64,000 nucleotides of DNA from Octopus vulgaris (lineage: Eukaryota): the NCBI GenBank assembly GCA_951406725.2, contig OX597819.1, positions 5,332,001 through 5,396,000 on the forward strand. The letters are read 5' to 3'. Below, in pieces: positions 23,717 through 37,080 of the stretch. The notes below the pieces were generated by a model. That model was not told the DNA's origin, ran no database searches, and worked only from the letters and a program-made list of their open reading frames with translations. Both the position numbers and the translations under genes were made by a program. Every line of letters starts with the position of its first letter. Position 1 is the stretch's first letter.

Positions 23717-24823
23717 TACCATCATGATTTAACATCTATATTCCATACTAGCATGGGTTGGATGATTTGACAGGGAGCAGTAGGTCCCAGGACTGCTTCA
23801 TGCTCCACTCCCTACTTTGGCATGTTAAAGTGTTAAATATTTTAGATTTACATTTCTATGGCTGGATATTTTTCCTAGTACCAACTACTTTACAGACTGT
23901 ACTCAGTGCTTTATTTGTATCTTCAGCATTAGTGAGGTCTTTGTGTAGCTTGTAAGACTATGAATTCAGAGAGCGACAACTTTATGTGGGGACATGAGAG
24001 AAGTGGCCAGAGCAGAACAGGCTTCTTACTATAGAGGGGCTACATGGCTACTTGCATTTTTAAAGGGAGAGTGGGTGGGTGATTGGAATGGAGTGGGAAA
24101 AGAGATAAAAATAGTGGTGAAGGTTTATGTGTGTGGACTCGTAAGATACAAGGTGAGTAGAAGTGAATGGTGAGGAAAGAAGAACTTTGAATGAGTGTGT
24201 ATTGTAAGAGTGTTGTAGAGTCAAAGGTTTTTACTTAAAGTGAACCTTTGCCTCTGCAACACTGTGTATAAATTCTGTACTTGGAATGACCAAGAATGAC
24301 CAAACTGCTGGCTCTCACTCATAAGGTATTGGAAGGACCCACTTTAAACTCTGTTGGACTTTACTCATAGGGTATTGGAATACTACATATATACCATTCT
24401 ACCTAAAAAAAATGGATCTACAACTTCAATATCTCTACATATCTTACATCTATTTTCTTTCCTCTACCTCACTCTCTATTTTGTATCACATCTAAATTAA
24501 TTATAACTTAACCATCTTCTCATTCAATGAAGGGATATTAATAAATACCCTGGAAACATCTGTAAGACCTTCTATCTATAAATGTTCTAATATCTACACA
24601 GCCTTGGTTTCTTATCTCATTATGCAAAAAATTCTTATATATATATATATATATATCTACATATATATATGTATATATATATAGTTAATCCAAACAAGAA
24701 AACACAAAAAGACAAAAAAACACAACAACGCGAGGACATGGAAAAAATAAAGTATTATTGGATGCTCAGGAAAGAACTACATAGCCTTGGTCTTTTTATC
24801 TCATTATGCAAAAAATTCTTATA

Positions 24824-24866
<43 letters not shown>

Positions 24867-24872
24867 TGTGTG

Positions 24873-24905
<33 letters not shown>

Positions 24906-25841
24906 ATATATATGTGTGTGTATATATATATCAGTGTGAAGGTGCCTCGGTCAGTTGTTAGAGCATCAGACTCACTATTATGAGTGAGTTCAATTCCTGG
25001 ACTGGGCGGTGTTTTCTGTTCTTGAGCAAGTCACTTTCTTTCACATCACTTCAGTTCACTCAGCTGTAGAAATGAACTGCAGCGTCCCTGGTACCAAGTT
25101 ATCCACCTTTTCCTTTCCCTTGGATGACATCAGTACTGTGGAGAGGACCGGCTGATATGCATGGATGATTGCTGCTCTTCCATAAACAACCTTGCCTGAA
25201 CTTGTGCCTTGGAGAGTAACTTTGTAGGTGCAATCCCATGGTCATTCATGACTGAAGGGCGTCTTTACCTTTTTTTATATTTATCATCATCATCATCATC
25301 ATCAGTATTTAATGTTTTCCATACTGGTATGGGTTGGACAGTTTGACTGAAGCTGGTAAGGCCAGGGACCTCACCAGGTTTCATTGTCTGTTCTAACATG
25401 GTTTCTATGGCTGGATGCCCTTCTCAACATCAATCACTCCACAGCGTGTACTGGGTGCTTTTTATGTGTCACCAGTACCAGCGCTTTTAACATGGCACCA
25501 GCACCAGGGCTTTTTATGTGGTACCAGCATCAATGCCAATTCTGCTGTGGGAGACAGATCTTCCTAAGTACAGTAATGCACAAGATATCTTGGTCCTTGG
25601 CCATTTCCTTCATAAGGCCCCGTGTCTTGAGATCAGCATTCAATACTCCATCCCATGTCTTTCTGGGTCTCCTTCTTCCACAAGTTCCATCCACTTTAAG
25701 TGATCTGCACTTCTGTATGCAGCTGTCTACATCAGTACGCATCACACACACACACATACACACATTGAAAATGATGATGATGCCCACACACACCTGTATC
25801 CTCCTCCTCCTCATCATTTGTCTGTATTTGATGGGGGTATA

Positions 25842-26215
25842 TCTTTATATATAAAAGTAAGGTTGTGTGCTGTCTGTCTCCTACGATTTAGATTCCTAAC
25901 TACTCCCACATTTTGCGGTGCAGTTTAACCAAAACCGGGTATCTTATAGTCGTGATTCATATCGAGCCCTTCTGGGGCTACGATTTAAAAAAAATTTACC
26001 ATCAATTTTTCCCATTTTTAATGCATTTTTGGCATATATAAGGGAAGTAACTCTCCAAAAATTTATTATTAAATCTCAGAACGTAAAAAGCTACAGTAAC
26101 ACCCCCCCACCTTGTGGTTAGCCATATTGAGATGGCTATTATACTTTACATCTCTAAAAATGCTTATATAGTTATTTCCCTTACAAACCCGAGCAACGCC
26201 GGGCGATACTACTAG
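25842..26215 (+). mobile_element. Helitron H1
   Basis: A|TC...CTAG|T termini and the 3' hairpin. Confidence 0.85.
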
Positions 26216-27409
26216 TATTGGATAATTTAATAGGATCTAAGGAGCTAGAGGACTGCTTCAAGCTTTAGTGTCTGTTTTAGTGTGGTTTCTACAACTGGAT
26301 GTTCTTCCAAATGTGAACTGCTTTACAGAGCCAACTGAGTGAGTTCTTTTATGGCATTGGCACTAGTGGAGTCACTAACTAACTTGTAAGATAAGGCCTG
26401 TCAAATGAGTGGTGGTGCATTATTGATTGAGAAGCTAAAGTATGATGGAGAGTTAGGAACAAGTGTCTTGCTGTAGAGGAGATACACAGCTACCTCAGCT
26501 GGAAAGGGAAAAAGATATAATGGTGTTCAAGAAGGTGAGTATTAGAGAGAATAGGGACAGAAGATCAGGAAGGATGGATGGGTAAGTTCGTGAGAGTGTG
26601 AAAGGAAAGTGACAGATGGTTTGAAATGGAGATGAGGTAAATGTAGTGAATGGTGAACACAAAGTGGAAGCATGGTGAACACAAAGGGAATCTCAGTTTG
26701 GAGACAGGATGAAGGAAAATAGAAGAGAGGCAGGACGAGGAGGTGATAAGTGGTGATTATTAAAGGACTGATGGAGAGCAGCAGTGTAATGAAACCACAG
26801 GTGAGAAAAAGAGAGACTGTGAAGTGTGTGGGATAGGGTTGTGTGATTCACTATCAGAGGTATGTAAAGATGGATAAAGTTAATGATGAACAAAGGTGTG
26901 GGAGACTGACAATAATAGATATGAGAAGGAGTTCAAAGAAAAGGTGTATTCAGTAGAAAATAAGTGGCAAGGAATGATATTAAGAGTGTTATAGGCATCT
27001 GTTCCAGAAACAGCTGTAAAGTACTGCCTGCACCTTCCTATCCATCACTTGTGAGTTTTTCACCAGTGATCCCATGGCTTTTCCTTTGCTATCTTGGTCA
27101 AATCAACACCAAGGATCTCTCATATTCTCTTCTACCACATCCTAAAGTATACCTGTCTACACTGAATCACTGTGAACTTTCATCCTCTAGATTTTCCTGG
27201 TTTCCTGCTATATTTAGACATCAGGGTTCTGTTACCAATATATTCTTTTGTCTTTTACTTGTTCCAGTCCTTGGGCTCTTCTCATGCTGAGGCACTTATC
27301 TTAAAGGTTTTAGTCAAATGTATCGACCCCGTATATATTAGTGTCCCTCATCCTCTCAGTAACTCTCGTATTTATCACCACTATAATATTTCTAGCAAAT
27401 CTATACCTG

Positions 27410-27980
27410 ACGTTTCAAGGGGATAATAAAAAGTCAGGTATAACCAATCATGTATGGAAAATGGAAACCACCAACCACTGTCGGATGAAGTCAAAATAAT
27501 AGAGAACACCACTGTAAAATTAGAAAACTTAAGGAAGCAACTCATATGCTAAGACATAACGACCTCCTAAGCAGGCCAAGTGTAGAGATGAATACAATAT
27601 GGGAAGCAATAATTAAGAAAGAAAAGAGCAGACTGCTACAATAGATTATGTAGACATTAGATTTATAAGTCTTAAAATTCACTCTGCCACTGCCTACTGA
27701 CATAGTGTAGTAGATAAAGTTGTTGGTTAATGCAGGGTTCTGAGTTCAATCACAGGCAAGGCACTAAAGTAATTCACAAAAACTCAACTGAAGCAAAAAT
27801 TGTCACAAAATGCAGAGTGGAATGAGAACAGTGTACCCCTGTGGATCAAATAAAGGGTTAGGTTTGAAATTCTGATACAACTGAGTTCAACACATGACAC
27901 CTGAAGAAGGTGTCATGTACAACAGCTGAAATGTAGTGAATTCAACAATCAAGATGAGGGTACCACCCCATCTAATATAA
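27410..27980 (+). mobile_element. Penelope-like element 3' remnant (endonuclease C-terminus plus terminal repeat with hammerhead)
   Basis: Broken frames read KSGITNHVWK / NHQPLSDEVKII / HCKIRKLKEATHML..LLSRPSVEMNTIWEAII. Hammerhead-like motif at 27898-27938. A related fragment lies at 42920-43110. Confidence 0.7.
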
Positions 27981-27999
27981 GCAGTATGCATAATATGGA

Positions 28000-28381
28000 T
28001 GGAAGCACTCCGTCGGTTACGCCGACGAGGGTTCCAGTTGATCCGATCAACGGAACAGCCTGCTTGTGAAATTAACGTGTAAGTGGCTGAGCACTCCACA
28101 GACATGTGTACCCTTAACGTAGTTCTCGGGGATATTCAGCATGACACAGAGTGACAAGGCCGGTCCTTTGAAATACAGGTACAACAGAAACAGGAAGTAA
28201 GAGTGAGAGAAAGTTGTGGTGAAAGAGTACAGCAGGGATCACCACCACCCCCTGCCGGAGCCTCGTGGAGCTTTTAGGTGTTTTCGCTCAATAAACACTC
28301 ACAACGCCCGGTCTGGGAATCGAAACCGCGATCCTACGACCGCGAGTCCACTGCCCTAACCACTGGGCCATTGCGCCTCCA
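28000..28381 (-). mobile_element. tRNA-derived SINE family C with TSD
   Basis: Head GGAGGCGCAATGGCCCAGTGGTTAGGG...GGTTTCGATTCCC. Flanking direct repeat TATGCATAATAT. Confidence 0.9.
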
Positions 28382-28890
28382 CTATGCATAATATAAATTC
28401 CTCATCTCACAAATATAAAATTGTATTAACCATTGTGTTTATCGTCACATTATTGTTGAGTTTGATACGCGATCTATACACTCGAGAGCCGTCCCATTTT
28501 ATATTAGATTAGATGTATGAGAGAATAAAATCCAAGCAGTTAATGTTGTAGTTTTTAGCACTTAATTTTCTTTATATTATCAACATATTGTTCTCATCAT
28601 AGAAGTTGCAAGCTTTAATGTTTTGGCAATGTGGCTGATTTTTTTTTCTGCCACCTCAAACCTTTTTAAGACATCAGATTTATTACCCAGTGTAATAAAT
28701 TTTAGCCTTTAGTTCCATCCCCCCTCTTCATCTGTATCTCTCTCCCCCATCTCTCTCCCTCTTGCCTCACTCTACTGCACTTCATACTACAATCACATGT
28801 ACAAACGGTTGTGGTGTTAACTAAATACTGACGTGCAGGATAATGACTTAAAGGATTAATCTAAGGGACATAATTCTAAAGCGCTTAAAG

Positions 28891-29173
28891 CAGTAATCCA
28901 GATGACTCCTGGAGGGATTGGAAGATTTCTGGGGGTGCAGTATATATTAAGGGTTCATGAAAAAAATTTGCTTTAAGTGTATGTGTTGCAAGAAACAGCC
29001 AGATTTCTTCTCTAACGTTTAACATATTTTAACCTACACGAGTTAATGTGTGAAAAATTAAAAAAAAGGAATTTTGAAAGCTAGTTTTTAAACACTGAAT
29101 GGCTAGCGGGGTCCACCAGACTAAAGCAATAATCTAAGGGGTCCATAGGTAAAAAAATGGTTGAGAACCACTG
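28891..29173. mobile_element. hAT (Charlie-like) MITE
   Basis: Right end GGTTGAGAACCACTG, left end CAGT. 8-bp flanks GCTTAAAG and ACTTAAAG. Confidence 0.7.
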
Positions 29174-29357
29174 ACTTAAAGTCCAGCCTTTTATTTGTCT
29201 TTGTTCCATTCTTGAGTTTCATGGCAAGTGCCTTCACTATAGTCCTAAGATGATCATAGCTTTAGGAGTGAATTTGATAGAAAGAAACTGGAAGAAGCAT
29301 GTGTGTGTTTATAATATATATATTTTATATATTGTAAATATATATATATATATATAT

Positions 29358-29520
29358 AGGCGCAGGAGTGGCTGTGTGGTAAGTAGCTTGTTTACCAACC
29401 ACATGGTTCCGGGTTCAGTCCCACTGTGTGGCACCTTGGGTAAGTGTCTTCTACTATAACCTCAAGCCGACCAAAGCCTTGTGAGTGGATTTGGTAGACG
29501 GAAACTCAAAGAAGCCCGTC

Positions 29521-29555
<35 letters not shown>

Positions 29556-29772
29556 TGTGTGTTTGTGTATCTGTGTTTGTCCCCCTAGCATTGCTTGACA
29601 ACCGATGCTGGTGTGTTTATGTCCCCGTTACTTAGCGTTTTGGCAAAAGAGACCGATAGAATAAGTACTGGGCTTCCAAAAGAATAAGTCCCGGGGTTGA
29701 TTTACTTGACTGAAAGCGGTGCTCCAGCATGGCCGCAGTCAAATGACTGAAACAAGTAAAAGAGTAAAAGAG
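29358..29772 (+). mobile_element. SINE family B, full length, followed by a complex rearrangement
   Basis: Complete copy. See the finding at 29773-30220. Confidence 0.9.
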
Positions 29773-30635
29773 TATATATATATCTATATACTTGCGGTTC
29801 GGCAAAAGAGACCGATAGAATAAGTACTGGGCTTACAAAGAATAAGTCCCGGGGTCGATTTGCTCGACTAAAGTGTATGTATTGCAAGAAACAGCCAGAT
29901 TTCTTCTCTAACGTTTAACATATTTTAACCTACACGAGTTAATGTGCCTATATATATATATATTTACAATATATAAAATATATATATTATAAACACACAC
30001 ATGCTTCTTCCAGTTTCTTTCTATCAAATTCACTCCTAAAGCTATGATCTTGCCATGAAACTCAAGAATGGAACAAAGACAAATAAAAGGCTGGACTTTA
30101 AGTCAGTGGTTCTCAACCATTTTTTTACCTATGGACCCCTTAGATTATTGCTCCAGCATGGCCACAGTCAAATGACTGAAACAAGTAAAAAAGTTAAAAA
30201 AGTTAAAAAGTTAAAAGTTATACATATAAATCTTTTTATCTTCTATCTTTTACTCGTTTCAGTCATTAGACTGTGGCCATGCTGGGGCACCACTTTGAAG
30301 AATCTTTTAGTTGAATGAATCAACCCCAGCACTTATTTTTTTTCAGCCTAGTATTTATTCTGTTGGTCTCTTTTGCCGAACAGCTAAGTTATGGGGATGT
30401 AAACATACCAACACCAGTTGTCAAGTGGTAGTGGGCAACAAACCCACACATGTGCACACACACACACACACACACACACGATGGGCTTCTTTTACAAAGC
30501 TATGGTTGGCCCAAGGCTATAGTAGAATACACTTGTTCAAGGTGCCATGCTGTGGGACTGAACCCAGAACCATATGGTTGGGAAGTAAGCTTCTTACCAC
30601 ACAGCCATGCTTGTATATCTTACCCAACATATATG

Positions 30636-30842
30636 TGAGGGAGTACTGAAAAGTTCCTAGCTTTGGGAGGATCAGTTAATTATGATTTTATTCAACATAT
30701 TCCCCTCTCAGATTCACACATTTATTGCAGTTGTTCTTAAGTTATTCTAAGCCCTGTAAAGGAACTCCAAAGGTTTGGCCTCCAACCCAGCCTTTTGTGA
30801 TATCTGTAAAGCCATGAACTTTTCAGCCCTCACCTCACCTCG
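30636..30842. mobile_element. Tc1/mariner-type MITE
   Basis: TIR-like GAGGGAGTACTGAAAAGTTC / GAACTTTTCAG...CCTCG followed by TA. Homologous to 31595-31808 and 38468-38680. Confidence 0.7.
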
Positions 30843-31279
30843 TATGATATAGAAAGCCTGGAAACTGCAATATTCATCTAGAGAAAGCATCTTGTATAGA
30901 CACACGGTGCTAAAAAATGTAGAAGTATTATCACCAGCTGACAAAAAGTATCAAGCAGCAGCGATGGAATTGTTAAATTTAGATTCATGTTTCTTTGAGC
31001 ATCATCAGTAGCTAGTGACAGAAGTTGTATTAATTCAAAATAGCATTCTCTATATCTTACTTAATATGAAATTTTTACTCAGCCTACCAGCTATTTGCAG
31101 GACCCCTGTTTTTCTATATTGTCAGAAGCTAAATTTGTTGAAGCGTCTGGTTGCTAGTGAATACTTGCTGCTGACGACACTTAATCCAGGCAGCTGTCAA
31201 TTAAGTACACTGTGTTAAATGAATTTGGTTTAACTATATCCAGCACTCAGATACCAATAAATGCAAGTATTTATATATA

Positions 31280-31582
31280 TCTATATATATAAAAGTGAGG
31301 TTGTGTGCTGTCTGTCTCCTACGATTTAGATTCCTAACTACTCCCACATTTTGCGGTGCAGTTTAACCAAAAGCGGGTATCTTATAGTCGTGATTCATAT
31401 CGAGCCCTTCTGGCTATTAGTGCGCATCTACGATGAGTCTACGATTTTAAAAAAAATTTACCATAATTTTTTTCCACTTTTAATGCATTTTTTTTGCTAT
31501 TATATAAGGGAAGTAACTCTCTAAAAATGCTTATATAGTTATTTCCCTTACAAACCCGAGCAACGCCGGGCAATACTGCTAG
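31280..31582 (+). mobile_element. Helitron H1
   Basis: A|TC...CTAG|T termini and the 3' hairpin. Confidence 0.85.
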
Positions 31583-31882
31583 TATATATATATAGGCCTG
31601 CCATAAAGTTCCTGGCTTTAAGCAAAAGAAAATACAGGAGGATCAATTAATTATGACTTTATTCAATATATTCCCCTCTCAGATTCACACAGTTATTGCC
31701 GCAGTTCTTAAGTTTTTCTAAGCCCTGTAAATGAACTCGGGAGGTTGGGCCCCTAACCAGGCCTTTCATAATACCCTTAAAGCAATGAACTTTTCAGTAG
31801 CCACTCATATACATGTGAGTGGGTATATATGTACTGAATTGATGAATAAACATAAAGTATATCCACAGTAGTTAAGAGCTCA

Positions 31883-34150
31883 GCATCATCATCATCATCA
31901 TCATTGTCATTTAACATCCATTGTCCATGCTGGCATGGGTTGGATGGTTGCATGATTTTCTTCAGCTGGATGCCCTTCCTAACATCGTCCAGTCCGAGAA
32001 TGTAATGGGTGCTTTTACAGGCCATTTGCGAGACACCAGGGTGCTTTTATGTGTCACCAGCACAGGAGCCAATTTGCGTGATGCCAGTATTTGCCACGAC
32101 TGCAATTTTGCTCTTCTTCACAAACATGACATAATGCCAAAAGTCTTGGTCATTGCCTCCGTGAGGCCCGACACTTGAAAAGAACTTAGCCACTTTACCT
32201 CCATGTGGCCCAATGCTTGAAAGGTGTTCTTTACATGTCACCAGCATGGGTGTACTTGGCTTGACAGATCTTCTCAAGCATAACACATTTCCAAAGGTAT
32301 TGGTCACTAGTCATTACCTTTATGAAGCTCAAAGTTCAATGATCATGCTTCACCACCTTGATCCATGTCTTCCTGGGTTCCCTCCACAGTTAGAGATTGG
32401 CACTTCTTTACACAGCTGTCTTTGTCCATACACATCACATGACCATACCAGCACAGTCATCTCTCTTGCACACCACATCTGATGCCTCTTATGCCTAACT
32501 TTTCTCTCAAGATGTTTACACTCTGTTGAACATACACACTGACATTGCACATCTAGTAAAGCATTCTGGTTTCATTTCTTTCAAGCCTACATATGTCCTT
32601 GGCTGTCACAGCCCATGTTTCACTGCCATGTAGCATAGCTGTTCTCACACAGTCATCAAGCAATCTGCCTTTCACTCTGAGAGAGAAGCCATTTTTGTTG
32701 CCAGCTGGAGTAGGACTCCTCTGAACTTTGCTCATCCTAATCTTATTCTCACAGCTACACTCTCAGAGCATCTATCTCCACTACTAATTTGGTCACCCAG
32801 ATAACAGAAGCTATCTACTACCTCTAGCTTGCCTTCCGGGCAGTTGATAGAGTCTATTCTCTGCCCATTTTTAATGTTTATTGTACCTCTGCATCTTCTG
32901 CATACAAAAGCTAGTTTCCCTGTTAACCTTCTTCTGATATTGCTACAACTTTTATGTATCCAAAGCTTACACTGGGTGCGTTTTATGGAGTTTCTACGTA
33001 CACCTTTTCTACAGATTGAGCAGGGCCATCTACCTGAAGGGATTTGTGATTTGTCTGCTTTCCTACTTACTAAGACTAGTTTTTGCTTGGTTAACTCTAA
33101 GGCCCTTTGATTCTAGACCTTGCTTCCATACCTGGAACTTCTTCTCTAGTTCAGATAGTTATTCAGATGCAAGAGCAAAGTCATCAGCATAGAGGAGCTT
33201 GCAGGGGCATCCTTTCTTGAATTCCTCTCTTATTGCCTGAGGCGGCTGAGCACTAATCCTTGGTGAACCCCTACTTCCACTCTGAATTCTTTGCTGTACT
33301 CATTGCCAACCCTCACCTTACTGGTAGTATCCCTGTACATAGCTTGTACAGCTCTCGCCAACCACTCGTCTATTCCTAGTTTCCTCATTGACCATCAGGT
33401 AAGGGATCAGGGGACCCTGTCAAAGACTTTCTCCAAGTGAACAAAAACCAAGTACAGAGGTTTATCTTTGGCTATGTATTTCTCCTGCAGCTGCCACACA
33501 GAAATACAGCATCAGTGGTGCTTCTACTTGGCACAAAACCAAACTGCATCTCATCTAGGCTAACTCTCTCCTTAACTTGTTGGGCTATGACTATCTGTAA
33601 CTTTCATCACCTGATCCAGCAATTTGACACCTCTGTAATTATTTCTATCTAAGGCATCACCTTTACCTTTCTAGCAGTTGACTATGGTGCTGCTATACCT
33701 GTCATTGGGTATAACTCCTTTGTGAACCACCTGATTTACAATATGGGTGACTATACCATAACCCACACCACCAGATATTTTAAGCATTTCTGCAGAGATT
33801 CCTGATGGCCGGGAAGGGCTTTTCCTGTTTTCGTATCTTTAATTGCTTTATTTACCATGGAACTTTGATTCTGGTAGCCAGTCCCTCAATTGGATCAACA
33901 TTTGGCAGACTTTCCTCCTCCCATTCATTCTCTACATTCAGCAGTCTTTCATATTGGCATTTCCAAGCCTCTTTCTTTTCAGAATCATTACATGCAAGTG
34001 CACCATCATGCATACGGACACAGTTCTCTCCCATGACATCACAATTTTCTCTCACACACAGTCTTGCAATCTGAAACACTTTGGTCCTCATGTCACTGAA
34101 CATAGACAAACTTCTTTTCTGTTTCTCCCTTGGCTAGATATACTTGTCTC
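31883..34150 (-). mobile_element. Degenerate 5'-truncated RTE LINE, same family as 48345-50445
   Basis: Colinear with the 660-aa RT ORF (VFQIARLCVRENCDVMGENCVR, TAMLHGSETWAVT) but with many stops and frameshifts. (GAT)n tail at 31883. Confidence 0.9.
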
Positions 34151-35244
34151 ATAGCATCCCTTCTGTCAATCTGATACAGTACCCTGAGAGGGTATATCAG
34201 CTGAAACGTTGTGTTAACAACAAACAAGATGAGGACAAATATCCGGCAATTGTAAATAATGTAAATAATGTATTTATCCACTCATTTCTCTGCAAGAAGT
34301 ATGCTCTGACCACCTACCCCTTTACTGTTACCTTCCCAGAAGATATTATACCTATGTGTCTTGCCTGTGAGGAACCTCTTGGATGCAACATACATCAACA
34401 TACCTCCGTTCAAGCATCTCAACAATCTCGCTAGACCTACCTTTCAATGTGCTTACATTGATAGTGCCAACTCTGAAAACTGGGAAAGGGACGTGGGCGT
34501 GAACATGGGAAGGAGTGATGTTATTTAGCATCTGAAAAAATTAACATATTATTAAACACTATTAGAATATTACAATCCAAGAGATATTGGTAGAATGAAT
34601 TCGTATGTATATAAAGAATTAGCTAAAATGATAGTTGTGTGCTACATATTTAGAATACTAAGAAGGTAGATGATTCATCATTTCATTATTCTCTCCAGCT
34701 TTTACAAGAGATGTAGTGAAACATCAGTATTTATATAATTGCATAATTAATATGTGTAACTAATTAATTTAAATGGGATGATGGATTTTCCATTTTATCA
34801 GGAGAAAAAAAAACTGGAAATGGAAATCAAACTACTGTTACTGTTTTAAATATGGTACAGAGTTGACGGAAAGATGATAAAAGGCAGAAAGAAAATGAGG
34901 CCTGGACAGAGAAAGAGAAAGAAGAGCGAAAGGGAGGGAGAGAGAGAGGAAGAGAAAGAAGAGTGACTGAGTGAAAAAGATGACAAACTTGAAAAGAAGA
35001 GCGAGAGGGAGAGAGAGAGAGAGAGAGAGAGAAATGTAAAATTGGGAGAAAATATCAGTAAAGCATGTTTGACAATTGAGTTGAGTGTTGTTTGAAGGAC
35101 AAGGGGAAATATTTGAAAACTAGTGAGGGTTGGCAACAGAAAGGGCATTTGAGTGTAGAAAAATTCTGCCTGAGCAAGTTTTATCTCATCCAAAAGTAGA
35201 CCTTAACATTTAATGACGATGACAGTATATATATATATATATAT

Positions 35245-37080
35245 GTTGTTGTATTTAGGAATGGTCATTTTGCCAGTTTAGCCAATATAAATACACGCAC
35301 TATATATTTGGTGTTACTTTGCTTCAGCGTTATTTATTTTTTACATTAATCTTAATCTTATTTCGACCAGAGTTCTTTCATCACACTTCTGTGACCTCAT
35401 CAGTGGTCCTTTGCTTTCTTCTTTCTTATTTGTGTGTCTCTCCTTACTAATGGTCAGCCATTTTGTATTTTGTATTCCTATTGTATGTGTCTTTATTTGC
35501 GCATGTGTATACCTCTATGTGTGTCTATGTTAGTGTGTGTGTGTGGGGGGGAGTGCCTGTAATATTTGTATCTCCTGTTTATACACATTAGTGTAATTTG
35601 TTTTTGTTTATTTTTATTTTGTTCATGTGTTTATACCTACTTATTATTATTATTTTTTTGGTTGTATTTAGTTAAATATTTTTTTTTAAATGTATATAGT
35701 TATTTACTTCCATTTGTTTATTTATCTGTGTATTTTATTATGTTTTCAATTTTGTTTATATTGTTACCAGTTTATAGGGATCCTCTTCAGTCATATGCTG
35801 TGGTGTGTGCTAGTGTTCCATTCCAGTTTTCTATTCAGGCTAGGTTTATCTTCTATTATGCGTGTAGCTTCCGTAATTTGTCTGATTGTTGCATCTGTTC
35901 TATGTGTGGACAAGATTGTAACTTCTATGTTGTTGAGTGAGCCCCCGTGTTCCTGCTCGGCGAGTTGGTACAGAACCGATGAGCTCTTTCCTTCCTTAAG
36001 TTCTCTCCAATGTTCATTTGCCCGCTCTCCTATGCTCCATGCTGTTTCACCTACGTGTGTCGTCGTCTTGTTACTGCATCGTCCCTCTATACATCTTATA
36101 TTATAGACTACATTTCTGGCTTTACAGTTTGTTTGTGGGCTAAATCTACTTACAGTACAGTTCCTATCCATACAGGGGGTTCTACTAAAAGGGTAGGTTC
36201 TACCAATTAGGGATTTGATGGGGTTGCCTGGCCTTTCAACAACCTTAATCCTTAGCTTAAGTTTGTCTAGGGTCCTTCTAAAGCGGTACGCCAGTTCGCC
36301 TCTAGGGGTGGTGTTGATGAACATGACACTCTGGTATTTGTGGTTATCATACCAAGAGTTGGCCTTCCCTATTTTCTTCTTTGTCCTTTCCATGGTGTTC
36401 CATGACTTGCTCCTATAAAGTGGGAAAATCCCATTCCTATCATTACTTAAGATAGTATCAAATTTCTTTATGGCTCCTTTGTATACTCTGATCCTTTCTT
36501 TATGGCTGTAACCTGAGAACTGCATGCGGTGAATGAAATGTTGTATGTGTCTCTTTAACTCTGTAGGCTCGCACATGTGGGACACATTTTGCATTATTCT
36601 GACGAGGTCTGCCATCAAAATATTGAATTTGGCATTGTCCGCGATGGCTGAGTTCCGGTGGATCAAGTATTTGGCGGCCATAGGTTTGGCATAGTACGAA
36701 TGAAGGATTTGGGTTTTACTATTCTCAGTTTTCAACCAGAGTTCTATGTCTAGTACTGGTAGTCTATGGTTAGGGTGTTTAGTAGGGTAGTCTATTGTGA
36801 CCTTAATACTCTGGTGGATGGAGTTAGCTATTTGCTGGATGCTCTCCATAGTATTAGTTTCTATTTCTATTTCAACAGTACTCTCTTGTGGGGATGCCTT
36901 TACCACTATGTTGATATCATCAACATAGCGAGAGTACATGTTCACGAGTATGGAGTTCTGTGTCAGGCGTTCCTTAAGCCTTCTGTCCCACCATACCTTG
37001 AAAAGGTTGGCCACATCACCAGCGATACTAACGCCTATGGCTGCCCCCTTGTCCTGGGCATATATTTTGTTGTTAAACAA
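35245..37080 (-). mobile_element. Penelope-like element, 5'-truncated, with terminal repeat region ending at (TA)n
   Basis: RT plus GIY-YIG ORF, 3' non-coding region with a hammerhead at 35365-35408, (TA)n at 35226-35244. Confidence 0.9.
35365..35408 (-). ncRNA. Minimal type I hammerhead ribozyme in the PLE terminus
   Basis: GACCA-CUGAUGA-G-GUCAC-agaagu-GUGAU-GAAA-GAAC-UC^UGGUC, on the same strand as the PLE ORF and downstream of it. Confidence 0.75.

Noticed and set aside
34270-34440. Possible I/Nimb-clade LINE C-terminal remnant (PMCLACEEPL)
   Set aside because: Only a CX2C and weak context, too short to call without a profile search.
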